The notes beneath the pieces were generated by a model that was not told where the DNA came from, did not search any database, and saw only the letters and a program-made list of their open reading frames with translations. A stretch of 64,000 bases of DNA from Vermamoeba vermiformis (lineage: Eukaryota), in the NCBI GenBank assembly GCA_045837725.1, contig JBEWZL010000267.1:62001-126000 (forward strand). The letters are read 5' to 3'. The translations under genes were made by a program, and so were the position numbers. Of the stretch, positions 36,426 to 50,600 are shown piece by piece; positions within the stretch are counted from its first letter, which is position 1, and each line of letters starts with the position of its first letter.

Positions 36426-39217
36426 ATGACAGAGCTGGAAGATCAAATCCAACACTGCGAGGGCTTAAAAATTCCTTTTTGGCAAGGAGTCTACCTTCAA
36501 AGCGTTAAATCCAACGAGAAAGATTGTAATTCGTAAGTAAAGCGAAAATGTAAGTAGCTAACGCGGATCTAGGGTGCAAGAATTGTTTGCGCGCTTCAAA
36601 ATACTCCCTAAATATTGGAATTTACAACAACTTTTGGAAAACAGAGTGGAGGTAAGTTTGGATATTTTTATAGCCTTTATAACAACTTGTTCAGGACGCA
36701 ACAAAACCCGCGTTTCTCGTTAACAAAGATCTTCTCAACGCTGTTACCCCCTTTTTAGCTACTATAGGCACTGTAAGTGATTGAAATCTTTCTAGCGTAA
36801 TTAATTAATCTTTTTAACGATCCTTCAGAAATTAGAGGAGGTAGACACGAGCACAACAGAACACAAAAAAAACAATAAACGCGAGATACTTGCCTCTGAA
36901 TTTTTAAAGATTGTACGTATTGCTTCTTATGTATCATATTCTTAACATTGTATTATATGTTAGAGCAAATCAGCGCGCCTTTTATTTTTTCCGTCAGATG
37001 CAGTTTTCAAGTTGCAAAGCATCTTAACAGCGTTGAATGGCCGTTCTGATAGAACAAAATGGAGCAAACGGACGTTTGATAATGTATTATACTCTGCTAT
37101 ATTTCAGCGCTATCTTATCGACAATTTTGCCACGCTCGGGTAACATCAGTGTTTAATTATTGGGAAGTAATTAATTATTAAATTAGGGATCAAAGCATCA
37201 AAGAATATTTGCCTGCGCAAGTACAACATACAGTAGATCCAGATTTAGTAGTGTTTAAAGAAGACTCTCCTTTTCTGATCTGCAAGTACTGCGAAAACGA
37301 ACACGAAAGTAATAACAAAGACTTGATTAAATTAATCGAGACTATGCAACAAGTTATTACAACGCGCTATGAACGGTTCAAAGTCGTCACCAGCTACATC
37401 TACGGCGTTCTTTGCTGCGGATCCAAGTTGACCTTGCTCTATATGGAACGTGATTGTGATACCAGAGATTTCCCGTGCTATTTCATTGCTAACTCACCGA
37501 ACGACTTGCATTCGATCACATTGGAGGCCAAGAATATCGCTGACATCTTCAAAATGAACATCGCCATTTTCAACGGGGGTTCAGATCAACGTGTTCGAAA
37601 ACCTAGACCTGGCCGCGAGACTGCAGGAACTACAACGCCGGCAAAAATCGATAACAGCAAAGTGTTAAGCGTTCACCAAACGAACAAAAAAACGAAGATT
37701 AAAGGCGACAAGAGCGACAGCAGTTCAACAAACACTGCTGCGCGTCGTTTAGAACACGAGTTTGAAGACAAGGAATTGGAAAAAGAGGTGCCAAGCTTGA
37801 TCTCTGGTGTCAAAAAGATGCAGATAAGCAGCAAAAAAAGCTCGCACTCGAGGTCCTCTTCCAAAAGCACTCACGTATCGAAGAAGAGCAGTTCCAAGTC
37901 TTCAACGTCAAACGCTGATGGGTGTACGTCGTCGACTTCAGAACAAAAGAAGAGCAACGATCCTGATTACGATAATTCTGCGGGCGGTGAGGCTCAGCAG
38001 CGCCAAGGCACAAATGTAAAACCAGCACAAACCACCACGAACAACAACAATAATAATAACAATAAAACTGGAAACAGCAATACGAAGAAAGAAGGGGATG
38101 GTAAAGAGAGGCGCAAAGCGATTTTAGCGCAGTTTACTCAGGTCAACGCGAAGATCGGTTTCAGCGGCAATTATTATCGCATCAGAGGACGAATAACTGA
38201 TATGGTGCACTTTGTTGACCAAAAAAATTTCACTTATGTAGCTAAGGTAAGTATTATATCCAATCATATTGTCTTTACTAACATACTTCTCAGTTCAAGT
38301 TCGTGGATCGGCTAAATTTCGAAGAAGAGATTCTGAGTCAACTCAGCGACAAGTTTATCAAGCCAGTGGACTCGTTCAATATTATAGATGAGTTGCGATG
38401 CTTAATCTTGCCGTACGAGCAACCTGTGCCTTGGAAGACTGAACGAGAATTTCGTACGAGCGCGTACCAGGTTCTATGTGCCATTGCCGAGCTTCATGAG
38501 CGTAATATTATGCATGGAGATATCAAGTATGCCAATGTCATTCGTGGCTATGACAGGACTTACTTGATCGATCTTGATCTTGCGTTGCAACATCCAGGTA
38601 CGTTACGAATCTCTAAAACTTTCTGCAATTTACCGTATCAAGAAATTAAAAATCACCTATATAATAATATATATTATATAATAATAATAATATTCTTGTA
38701 GAGACGTATACGACGAAGTATCATGGTACTTTTGGCTATCGCGCGCCAGAGTCGATCAAGAACGGAACTCTTTCGCTCAAAATGGATATCTATTCATACG
38801 GAATATATCTATACGAGCTGTTGCATAATCAGAAAATATCCAGAATATTAGGTGTTCGCGAAGAAGACGAAGAAGATCAAGTCGTAATGAAACTGAAAGA
38901 AGCGATCAAAAGGTACCTTGTAGTTTTAAAATGTATCAAGCAACCTACTAATATGCTATATTAGGTTGCTTATTGAATCAAAGAGAAGTCCAAAGCTATT
39001 CAATTTGATTACCAGATGCATGACGGAAGATCCGGAACTTCGTCCAACAGCGAAAGAATTGATGATGGATCCGTTCTTTGACAGGATTCGACCAAAGAAT
39101 ATGCGTGACGATGAAAATACTGAGCCAGTACGATCTCCTACGAAGGTACCTCGATCTCCCTTAAAGAACAAAATTGCCAGCTCGCCATTGCGCGATATTA
39201 CGAACACTCACTCATGA
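36426..39217 (+). CDS. CRN-like degenerate REase-like domain + protein kinase (start uncertain)
   Basis: DPDLVVF..PFLI and YIYGVLCCG segment, then a low-complexity linker. Kinase motifs HGDIKYAN, LIDLDLA, GTFGYRAPE, DIYSYG, DPELRPTA. Confidence 0.7.
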
Positions 39218-39393
39218 AATGGCTAATGTATAAGTGTAAATATAATATTATGTAAATAGTTTCGAAACCTAGACACCCTAGAAATAGTTGTTGTGATCCA
39301 AATTCTCGGTCAACGTTGGTCAAACATAAAATCTGGCTAACAGCTCGTTAGGACTCATAAACACAATTTATTACAATAATAGACACAGTAGTC

Positions 39394-40862
39394 ATGGCAG
39401 ATAAATACGGAAAACGAAAGCGTGAAGATGACGGAGCAGATTCGACTCCAAACAAACACCAAAAGACAGAAGCTACTGTAGATTATAGTACACATACATA
39501 TGCTGAAGTAGACCCGAATGCATATTATGATTATTCGGTAAGTAACTTGCTAAACTAATTTTCGAATCTGTCAATTTGCAATAATCGCACTGAAAAATCG
39601 TTTAAATATTTGTATAGTGCCCTAATATATTCTATTAATTTTTTCTACGATAATTATCAATATTTGAATTGTTATTAATTTTTTTGGCTCGATCACTAAT
39701 TTTTTCATTTTTTTTTCAGGCTTACTACGCTCAAGCTGCTGCAGGTAAATACTTTTATGATTTTATATAAACAAGTGATATATATAGAGGGTTTATTTTG
39801 CTTTAGATCCTCTTTGCAAATTCTTTCCTTTTTCTTCGTTCAAATCCAGAACTCGAACAGTAATTTATTATTTTATTTAGACGGTACATATGACCCGAAC
39901 GCCTATTGGACAGCAGAACAATATGCAAATTATCAATGGCCGGCAAATTATTATCAAGCACCAACTGCACCGCAAGGGTACAACCCTGCGACAGCAATTG
40001 CAGCGAACACTGCAGCCAAAGCTAACAAAAACATTACACCAGCTGTTAAGCAGAAAGGGTACGGTATATGTATCTATATTATAAGACTATATGCGATATG
40101 GCAAGAGTTGAAAGTGGATCGAGATCCGCCGTTACACGCTCGATCTAAATTTCGCTAAAAATTATTCCTATTCAATATTTAATCCTTTTATATCATATTA
40201 ATGCTTAAATGAATTATATATATCTAATATAATGATATAGTTTACTTCGTAAAGCCGGAGATGAAGTTTGGGAAGATCCAACTTTAGCCGATTGGGGAGA
40301 AAGTAAGTAAATATGCGATATATTATAAATAGTATAACATTACCTTATTTATCATTAATATACTAATATATCGATCAGATGATTACAGAATTTTTGTTGG
40401 AGATCTCGGCAATGATGTTTCAGATAATTCGCTTTATCAAGCTTTTTCACAATACAAATCCATTAATAGAGCTCGAGTAGTTAGAGGTAAGCGTAAGGTG
40501 ACCCATATAATATAATACTTTAAATATACAAGTTGTTTTTATTTGGATCTGGATGTGGCCACATCTACAACAGTTTGCAAATTCGCTATTCGAATATCAT
40601 CAATGTATATTAAATTATTTGTTAATTTTAATTTTTATTGTTAATAGATAAGAGAACGACAAAGACAAAAGGCTACGGTTTCGTCTCGTTTACAGATCCG
40701 AAAGATTTTCTGCGGGCGTTGAAAGAAATGAACGGCAAATACATTGGCAACAGACCGTGTAGAGTACGACGCAGTGAATGGAAAGACCGCGCTGTGGAGG
40801 GTGAAGAGGCGAAAGTACTGTCGAAAGAACTGTCTAAGAAACAGAGCAAGAAAAAGAAGTAA
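39394..40862 (+). CDS. RBM42: RNA-binding protein 42 (U4/U6.U5-associated RRM protein)
   Basis: Spliced exons give LRKAGDEVWEDPTLADW, DYRIFVGDLGNDV and DKRTTKTKGYGFVSF..EMNGKYIGNRP, the RBM42 signature. Confidence 0.92.
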
Positions 40863-41135
40863 AATGTCGATAGTTCGATAAAAATTAGCTGTTAAAACTT
40901 ATGAGCCATTTTAGTCATTATAAAGGAAAAATATGCAGCGGAAAAACTTCCGGAATATGCATGCAATTGTTTATCCACAAACAGGGCTGTCTCGAGTGAG
41001 TGCGCTTATTAAATTCAAATTTGTTTTTGGCGGCTTTTCTTTTTGAAACGCAAATATTTATTTAGCTACCACGAGGCAATAATGGTTGCCTGTATTTGAC
41101 AGTTTTATGCATTATAGCAAATAAAACCATTATAA

Positions 41136-43187
41136 ATGGCGGATACAGGTAAAAAACGAATGAAATATAAATTCGGATGTGAAGATTTTGTGCTACTCAC
41201 GGTTATTTCTTATTATAACCGCAATTAAAATAATTTAGGAATCGCTAATTTCGATAAATGGCAAAGGCCCGAGATCAGCGCGTGGTTAGGGAGTTTTGGC
41301 GTCCCGATCGAAATTATTGAATTATTTTTCAAAGCTGGCATGGAGTCAGGAATGCTGTTATTAGACGAAACGCTCATTCCTAATAAGAAAGAATTATTTT
41401 GTTATTTAAACGACGTAAATATGCCGGAGACTTGGAGTGACGAGATCTGGTCAAAACTACAACAGATTCGCCAACAGTTTCACGATAGCAGTACGATATA
41501 TCTTGTAAATGGGTGTAAAATTAATATAACATCATTTCTTAGGCTTTATACTGCAGCGCTGTGCTTGGTTAGAGATTCAAAATTCGACCAATGCTTTTGA
41601 CTGTTTGGATCGCGCTGGCAAAATAATGATTTCGAGCTTATCAAATATCAATACAATATCTACATCTCAGAGCATTACAACAAGGCCAACTCTGCCAAAA
41701 ATCAATGAAAGTGACTCAGATCCAGATCTCGAATCGAAAGTTACAACAGTGCTTGACTTATTAACGAGTTGTTACCCGAAATTTCGATATTATATTGATA
41801 GATCAAATCAACTATATGAAAGACCAAGCGTTGAAAGCGAAAAAGAGATCCCGGAGGCAAATCCAGATCCCGACTGGATCTGCCCATTTTTCATAACACG
41901 AGTCATCAACACCAACGAATTGGCGATCAAGTCAGATAAAATTACAATAGAGGCACTACGGAGTCCTACAATATCGCTAAACATTGGACGAGTGATGACG
42001 AGCATGATGAAGAATTTGACCAGCACGAAAGTTCGGCACGTCTTTGGCGCTGTGACTTGTTATTCGCATTTGTTGTTCATGAAAGGCGAGAAATCTGCAA
42101 ATGACGGCAAAGACCTGCGATTCACAATTCATGAAAAGATGTTGAAATTAAACGATGGAGCCCCGTCAGCTTTGGATCTGCTTCATGAAATTGCGCCAAT
42201 ATATTCCCCAATGATGGTAAATAATACGCGATATCGATAACAGCTCAATACTAACGATGTAATTATAGATTGACTCAAGCGAACCTTCGTTCATATTTTT
42301 TCAGCGTGATAATGGCGATGATATTGCATTCTGGACCGAGACTATTGCGCGTACTGGCCATTCAATAATTTTGAAAGCGTTTTGGAAACCGACCAATCAG
42401 ATCGTTTGCATTAAATGTAATCAAGGTGCTAAACGTCTTTTTGCTAATGAAATCAAAATCCACAAACGACTAAACGACGCTTTGGTTCCAAATATTCCAA
42501 GAATAATTACTACAGGAACGATATATAGAGCAGGAGATAATTACAGAGCAGTCGTAACGGATCTGGTAACGAATTAATTATTGTTAAATTTTTTAGTTAA
42601 TTGCGTTCCGTAGGTCGGCGAATCAGTCCAAAATGTGATACCACTACGCTATAACGAGGCTTGCCATATGGTTTCGGATATTTTAGAGGTCCTGACGAAG
42701 ATCCACCAAAACAACATCGTTCACTCGGACGTTAAACCTGGAAATATCATACGAAAGTGGGACGAAGCGCTTAATCGCTACAAATACTATCTCATTGACT
42801 TCGGATTCTCATTTGAACTCGGAACAATGACAGAGAATGATTGGGGAACGAGTATACTCTACGCATCCATAGAAATGCTTCGCGGAAATATTCCGGTAAT
42901 TAATTTCAATATTAACAAGAACGAGAAGCTTACTGAATTATTTTTAGACGATTAAGGATGATTTAAAAATGTTATGGTACACTTTCATGCACACACTTAT
43001 TGGACACTTGCCGTGGCAAGAATTAGGCTCAAATAGAGAATTAACTTTATGGCGCAAAGAAGGCTGGAACGAAGATCTATTAGAGCTAGAGCGCGAGCCT
43101 TATACGCGATTAGCAAAATTATATAATGATATAGAATTAACGATGCACGAAGCGTGGCAAAAATTTCTTAGTGATCCGACATTCTAG
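41136..43187 (+). CDS. CRN-like protein: SAM-like header, degenerate REase-like domain, protein kinase
   Basis: Header KWQRPEISAWLGSFG; NPDPDWICPFF..VFGAVTCY segment; kinase motifs HSDVKPGN, LIDFG, LPW. Confidence 0.7.
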
Positions 43188-43315
43188 CAAAATAAAACGC
43201 TCCAAAATAACTGAAAATTAAAGTTTATAATTTCTTTTTTATATCCACATTACTACCCGGTAGTTTGAATTGTGGATGTAGCTAAAAAATTACAATGAGG
43301 TCTTAAACTCGAATA

Positions 43316-44337
43316 TTAAGCGAGATTTAAGGCAGTAAGCTTCAAATTAAGTGCTTCGTCTTCTAATTGACGCCGTTTAGCCAATTCTTCGTCTTCTTTA
43401 GCGCGTTTAGCTTTGACCAGATCGTCTTCTTTTTTTCGCTTCAATAAAACTTCTTCGTCTTCGCGAGCGCGCTTTTCTTTCAACTCACGAACATAATTGT
43501 CAGCATCTTCTTTCGTTTTAAACTGTTGTTCTTCATCTTTCGGCTTGGATTTGCCGGTTTCCGCAGTTTGAATTAAAGATTGAAGAGCGCTCGATTGACC
43601 GCTTACATTTGATGAGCTTGTAGACTTTGGTAAATATGATTCAAATTGCGCTAAGAATTTTTGATCGGTAACTTTGCTAGTGGTTCGTTTTGCGGCCAAA
43701 AGTCGATCTTGCTCCTGGATGCGGAATTATTTTTAGATTTTTAAATCGTTACGAAATTAAATTAGGAACAAATAATGTATTTATACCAATTCTTTACATA
43801 AGTTTGCTTAATATACCGGTTGAAGAAATATGAAGTGAAATTTACGTGTGATTTTGTTGCAGATCGAAAATCTTTACGAATATTGTAAATAGAAAATCTT
43901 ATTTGGTTCAAATATAATGATTAATATACTCACCTGTTGTTTTTTTCTTTCTTCTTCGAGTTGCTTTTCTCGTTCAATGGCTTGTTTAACAGTTTCAGCA
44001 TTAATTTGCGATGATCTACGGTTAGACGTCTCCTAAAGATTCGAAATTAGCGTTGATATTACTTTATATATTTAGTAATATTAATTAGAATATTTTTCAA
44101 GCTTACATTCAACGAAGTTGACGAAGAACTTTTTGAAACTGTTCCATCCGTGGCAGCGCCGTTCAATCTCGAAGAAGAATTCTGAGGAGTTAATACTTTA
44201 TTGGCAGCTGGTGCTTGGGTAGTAGCGGAGACCGAAGTAGTTGAAGTAGACGGCTTAATTTGAACAGATTTGCGACTGCCGGATTTAATAATACGATTTA
44301 ATCGTTCTTCTTCCTTTAGCAATGCTTCGTCGGCCAT
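43316..44337 (-). CDS. Small coiled-coil / low-complexity protein
   Basis: ORFs 44059-44337 and 43316-43699 plus an intervening exon with GT-AG ends. E/K/R-rich helical sequence with no recognised domain. Confidence 0.6.
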
Positions 44338-44637
44338 TTTAATATCTTACTTGTGCTTACAAACGTAATTGTGCAAGTAAATTGAGTGATTGACAGGACA
44401 AAAAGTACTCTGTCGACAAAAAAATCACAAAGCCCAGCTCAAAGTCGACTTTGGAGTAATACCGACATATTACTATTATTACTGTAACAACTTATACTTG
44501 ACACGAATATTGCGAACACGCTTCTCGGGGTTATTGGACGAAGGACAATCCACGTCACCGAGATAAAGACTTAAAGATTCGCTCTGAACAAATTATTTAA
44601 TTACATTAATTACATACTGAGGTGCCCAATAAATAGA

Positions 44638-47526
44638 TTAATTATACGGCTTCATTTCTTCGCCGCCAAATGGCGCATCTAGCAGCAATTCTTTGAACGC
44701 CTTATGCTTCAACAATTGCGACGCTGAAGGTCGTTCTACGAGTATATGTTAATCTGGCAGAACTTATTTAGGTAAATGCATTAATTACCAGTACGTGGTG
44801 CGATCATTTGCCGAACCAACGACTTCAAATGCTTGTTACCATTTACCCAGCCAATTCTCCTTGAAATTTCTTCGTGAGCGCCAAAATCACGCACAGCATA
44901 GTCACAAATCTAAGCACGTGTTAGTTCAATTAACATCAAACAACTTACCAGTTGTCCAATAATGATTCCTGCACTATAAATATCGTCGCTTAGTGCCAAC
45001 GTGCCTGTGCCAAATAGCTCACGTGATGAATAGCCATGTGAATAGCCACGAATTTCTTTTTTTAATCTATAAGTTAAGCAGTCAATTCAATGTTCTAGTT
45101 TGGGCTTGTTGACATACAATCCTTCATCAAGCATTTGTGCAAAGCCAAAGTCAATCAGTTTGATATTAGACAAGTCACATGGGCTGTGATTATTGCGGCA
45201 ATAGACAATATTGCTTGGTTTGATGTCACCGTGAGCCACATTCAGTGCATGAAGTCCTTCAAGTACCTGGAAAAGTTACAACATGCATTAATAGGAGTTG
45301 CTATCACTGACTTGAATGGCTTGCCTTCAAGAGCTTATATGCATACAAAGTCACCTCCAGCTTGTTTGACAAATACTCAATGTGCTCACCATTAACTTTT
45401 TCAATTAAAATAACATCATAAGCTTCACATGTGTAACTTCCAAGCATCTTAGAGATGTGAGGAAATCCTTTTCCTGTATAAACAAGGTTAAGCACAATGC
45501 ATGTAAAGAGCTTTGTGTTTACCTTGAAGGTATGAGTATATTGACCTTTCATTTGCAACATCACTTGTACCAATATTGGCCTTCAAATACACTTCAACTC
45601 CGTTGACTTTACCACACCACAACTCAGCACACATGTTCTAAATCAATGTATTGGCAATTATTCAAATGGTTGCTGAAAGCACCTTACCTGTCTTAACCGC
45701 TGCAGGACCACAAAGTTGAGTTGGGCAAATGAATCTTCAACTTTTGGATCTTCCTCTTCATTTGTACCAGTGTTGATGTTAGTGTTGCTATTATCTGTCA
45801 TGACACTGCTGTTTCTTGTGTTGGTATTCACATGTAGAACACTGTTTTGCAGCAACACAGGCTTCTTCAATGCAAAGATATCAAAATCAGGCTGTGCTTG
45901 ATTGAGTGTAGCTGCCCACAAATCAAATTGTTTTCGTCTAAAAGAACTTTAAAAACTGATCATCTGATACCATTAATAAAACATACCTAAACTGTTTCAT
46001 TCTCCATAAGAACATTGAAAATTGTAAGAATGAGTCAATGTCAACAATTTTCAATGAAAACAAGTTTTGAATGACAAACTTGACAGCTGGAGATGGAGAT
46101 TGTTCAATCTGTCCTTCAGTTTGAGCTGTGTTGGCTACAGAATAGAATCTGACATCAAGCTGGTTGCATGTGCCACAGAAAATTACAGGCTTGGCCTGAA
46201 AGTCTTTGTTGAAGCACAGTAAGCTTCCAATAGCTTCCAACCACACCTCATACCTGTGATAGAAATCAATTGATTTGTTAAATTTAAAGCAACACTTACT
46301 TATCAGCATCCTTGTCTTGCTTTTTAAGCTCAACAAGCAAGTCTATGCCCATAAACTTATCTTCACCAAATAGACCTTGCAGCATAGGACCTGTTCTTCC
46401 TTCAATAAGCTTCTCATGTGGTCCAACTAACCGCCAGATTTGATTCTCATTGATTGAATGTTTGAGGAGCCAGCCATCACAAAGATCTGGTTTAAGTCCA
46501 TCGCTGAATTTACTCTTGCCCTCTGAAGTTGCCATTTCAATACCAGCATGAATGCTCAACTTTTGGCCTCTACAAAGACTAGTCAGCAGAAGAGTAGCAG
46601 ATCTGCAAATAGAATTACCCGGAAATTCCTGCTCGTTTGTGCAGCCCAGCAAGAGTGAACAAAGGCTCATATAAGTCTGATCGAATATTTCTTTCATTTC
46701 GATTTGTTTGGTGTGCAAAAATCAGCTAAAAAAATTTTAGTCGATCAGATTAAGATTTGATACCGTACCGAATCGCAGTACTTACCTTTTCAAAGATCTT
46801 TAGTGAGTCTCTCATAAATTCAATGTATTCTTCTCCTAGTAAGTCCGTCCAAATTAAATGCGACGAGCTCCGAAGTACGGGTTGCCCAACTGTCAAAACT
46901 CGTGCATTTGGCAGTGCTTGAGCTCCATACTCAGTTTGCAACCGCTATATTCCAGTTGTTAGCTATTGGTGCAATTGAATGAAGACCTACTAGCAACAAA
47001 TCTTCGGGCAAATAATACTGCGCATCTGCTAAGGCTTGCAAGGTCAGATTTGGTGAGTCTTCGTCAAAATAAGCCCCTTCGCCGTTGATAACAGCCTTCA
47101 TATCGGATCGCTTTTCGGAGTCATCATCCGAAAGCTCACTCGAAGAAACCGGATTCAAAATTTCGAGCTGCTGAACCTGTTCAGGATCTGCAAGATAGCG
47201 TCAATTATTTTTAAAAAAATACGGAACAGTTATTATAATTACCTAGCAACAATAATTCGCTTCCGCAAGTCAACTCTAAGCGTTTGTTGGTAGATTCGCG
47301 CTTCTCGCATTTCTCATAGCGTTGCAAAATCAGTATTCCTTCGGGCAATTCCGGAATACTCTGTTCAACCACTTTTAAAAATCTTCTACGCGAACAATTC
47401 TCCCTTAGGATAACTTCATGTCGCTGATCTTGATAGCAGATCGGGACCAAAAACTTGCCGGTGCCTATTAACGGATTAGATACTGCTATGGCAAATAGAA
47501 ATCGTACCTGCTACGTGTGTAGCCAT
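44638..47526 (-). CDS. CRN-like protein: ubiquitin/PB1-like header, PD-(D/E)XK-like nuclease, protein kinase
   Basis: Exon 1 MATHVA joins to GTGKFLVPICYQDQRHEV. Nuclease-like KPDLCDG...LLVELKK. Kinase motifs HGDIKPSN, LIDFG, DDIYSAG, ERPSASQLL. Confidence 0.7.
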
Positions 47527-47656
47527 GTGGTGCACATGCACGATAATTTAAATAAATTTGCATAATGGCGGCCTAAAATTTTTTGTCAGAAAAGAACAAG
47601 TAGCTCGAATATTTAAATAGTATTTATATTACATCGATAGGCATGACCAACAAATC

Positions 47657-50600
47657 TTAGTTGGTAATCTCGCTAGTCTTCTTGATTTTCGCCAAACGTT
47701 CCCGCAGTCCTTGCACGGTAGTGGTAGTTCCCGCGCTCATACTGCTCGTGGATGTGGGCACAGTGACGGCAGGGGTGACGACAGGCGCACTCACAACGGG
47801 TGTTGGTGTCACTGTTGCTGCTGAAGGTGTCACTGTTGGGGCAGCACCGGTAGTCACAGCACGCAATCTGTCGCGCAAACTTTGCACGGTTGCAGAAGGT
47901 ACGCGTGTTGACGTCGACAAAGTGCTTGTAGACGAGACAGCAGGTGTAATGGTGGGTTGGATGACTGTTGGTGTGATGGTCAACGCGCTGGGTTGAGCAT
48001 GCGCGTCAAGACCAACAGGTGTAGCGAAAGAAGGTCCGTTCGCTGCGCTCGGAGCAGTGCTACCAGCGCCAAGTCCCAATCGTCCGCGCAGCTGTCGCAG
48101 TCTGTCCAAAGCAGCAGAAGCAACGTCACTGGGAGCCAAGGCATTGAAAGCAGCGTCGCGGTTCGGATCTTCGTTCTCGTAGCCTTCGCTGCTGTTGCGG
48201 AGATTGGCCAAACCGCGTTCAACGTAATCACGGAACAATCTGTTCATGCGCTTCAACCAGGGCTCAATGTCCAAATCGGGGTTGTCCTTCAAGGCCCAGT
48301 AGAGGTCAACAATGCCTTGCTTGGACGACTCGCTAACTTCGATCTTCTTGAAGATGGCAGACAAGATCATGTTGGTCTGCTCAAAGTCAGCATTGCTCAA
48401 CTTGATCTCGGGAGGAGGCACGACGCGAACGGGTCTAAGACCGGCCATAATGGACTCCTTAGTGTGCATGACAGGAGGCAAGCCACCGTTCGTTTGCTCG
48501 GGATCGGTTAAAGCAGCAGATGCCAAATTAGGCAACTCGAAGAGAGCGTCCGGATGATTAGATTTGAGCATCAACTTGATGTACGCCAAGATGACTGGCG
48601 GAGGATAGATGCCAGTGGGAATCATGCCGAGGTGCTTGGAGATGTTCTCGCCCTTGAGACGAACAATCTCGTTCAACAAGGTCTTGACGGCACTCAAAGG
48701 CAAGTGGTCCTTGTCCTTCCACTTGTGAGGGTCGTGTGTGCTCAAGAACAGGTGAATTTCACGCAACAACGCATCGCAGTTGACTTCGTTGATAGTGGCA
48801 CTGAGCACCTTGGTGATCTTCAACAAGCACTTGACGATCATGTCGGTGACTTTAGGGTACACTGACGAGCCATCGGGATTGCTGTTGGGCAAGGTCTCGA
48901 GAGGAGGAATGCTCTCCTTCAATTGCGAGATCAACACGCTGAAGCAAGCGGTCTTGTCGGTGTTCTCCAAGAGCTTAATGATCAGCAAGTTGAGTGCCTT
49001 CAATATGTTCTTGCCTTCTTCCATCTCGCCGACGCTATCGTCAGACAAGAGCTGCAACAGAGATCGCATCAAGTGACCCAAGACTTGTTGCGAGACAGAG
49101 TGAGCCATTGATTTCTTGGCAAACATGAGCATCAAAGTGTTGATCAAGTACTTGCTCAAGCGAGTCAGTTGTTGCACGTCGGGTTCAGGTTCACTGAACG
49201 AGTCAGACAATTGCTTCGAAATGGCGCCAACAATAGGATCAGCGTAGAAGTTGAGGGCAGCTTCGTCTTCCTTGAGTTGAATGCAGATAGACTTCAACGC
49301 CTCAATAGTTCGATTAGAGTCGTTCGAGCTCATCTCACGGATCCAAGTGCTGGCTTGTTGTGAAAGATTTGAGCCTTTAAAGTCAGACTTCAATTCGGCA
49401 GTGCGTGATTGTTGCTTGCCAGGCAAGAAAGGAGTAGGCTCGGCAAGGTAGCTGGGCAAGGCAGTGGGAGCCAAGCTAGGCAATTGTGGCACGGTGTTGA
49501 CGTCAATCTTCACCGATGACTCGATCTTGTCAATCTCCAATTGGAAGGTAGTTTGAGGCACGCCCAAAACAGGGTCCAAGACTGGTCCTTGCTTCACGGG
49601 TTCCTTCTTGACGGCAGGCTCGGCCTTAACAACTGGCTTCTCAGCTGGTTGAGGCTTGATGACCGGTGCTTTCTTCTCCTCAGGCGCCTTACGTGGCTCT
49701 TCAGCAGGTTTCTCAGCGGGCTTGGGAGCTTCCACTGGCTTAGCCTCAGGCTTAGGAGCTTCTTTCTTGGGCTCTTGAGGACGAGCAATCTTCGTGGCCA
49801 TGTAGTCTTGGGCGATACGGTTAGACGCAACCAACTTCCAAATCTCATCGCCGACAAGAGTGTGGATCTCAGCTAACAGAGTCAAAGCGGCTTCACGAAC
49901 GCGCATGTTGGTGTCATCAACACTATCGTCAGTGCTCTCGGATAAGACACGAGCGATGGCAGGAACAACGACTTCAGGGCTTGAGACTGACATGCCTTGC
50001 GAACGGATCATCGTGTACAATTGAGGCAAGGTCTCGAGTCTAGCTTCGCTGTTCTGAGTGTTGAGAGTCTGCAACAAAAGCGTGAAGAGCTTGCTGGCAG
50101 GGTAGATCTTGTTGAATTGACCAAACACTGATCGCATGGTCTGTCGCGAAGATTCTTCGAGAATGAAACCAATTCTGCTGACGAAGATTGGAACGATGCA
50201 ATTGGCTTCATAGTCATTCAAATGGTATCCGCCAATAAGCAAGGTCGAGATGATCTTCTTAGTCAGCTCCAAGGCCTTGTCCAAGAGGGTTTGATCGGAC
50301 TCGAAGTATCGCAAAGTCAACCAACGGAAGATAATGTCCAAGTTGTCAATGACAGCGTCTTTGTGCTTGACCAAGAATCCGTCCAACTCGGTGATAACGT
50401 CACCGTAAGTGACAAAGTTGAACATCTTCTCGTGGAAGTCGGGCGAGAAAGATTGTGCTGATTGTTCCTTGAGCATGTTCACGTGCTCTTCGGTAGGCTC
50501 TTCGAAGAACCACGAACCAGCTGCCTTAGCACGAGCGTCCTTCTTGCCAGTCTTCAAGATTGGTGGGCCAGCAGGGGCAGCAGGACGAGGTGAAGTTGAC

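Noticed and set aside
38040-38063. AAC/AAT run encoding poly-Asn
   Set aside because: Ordinary low-complexity linker.
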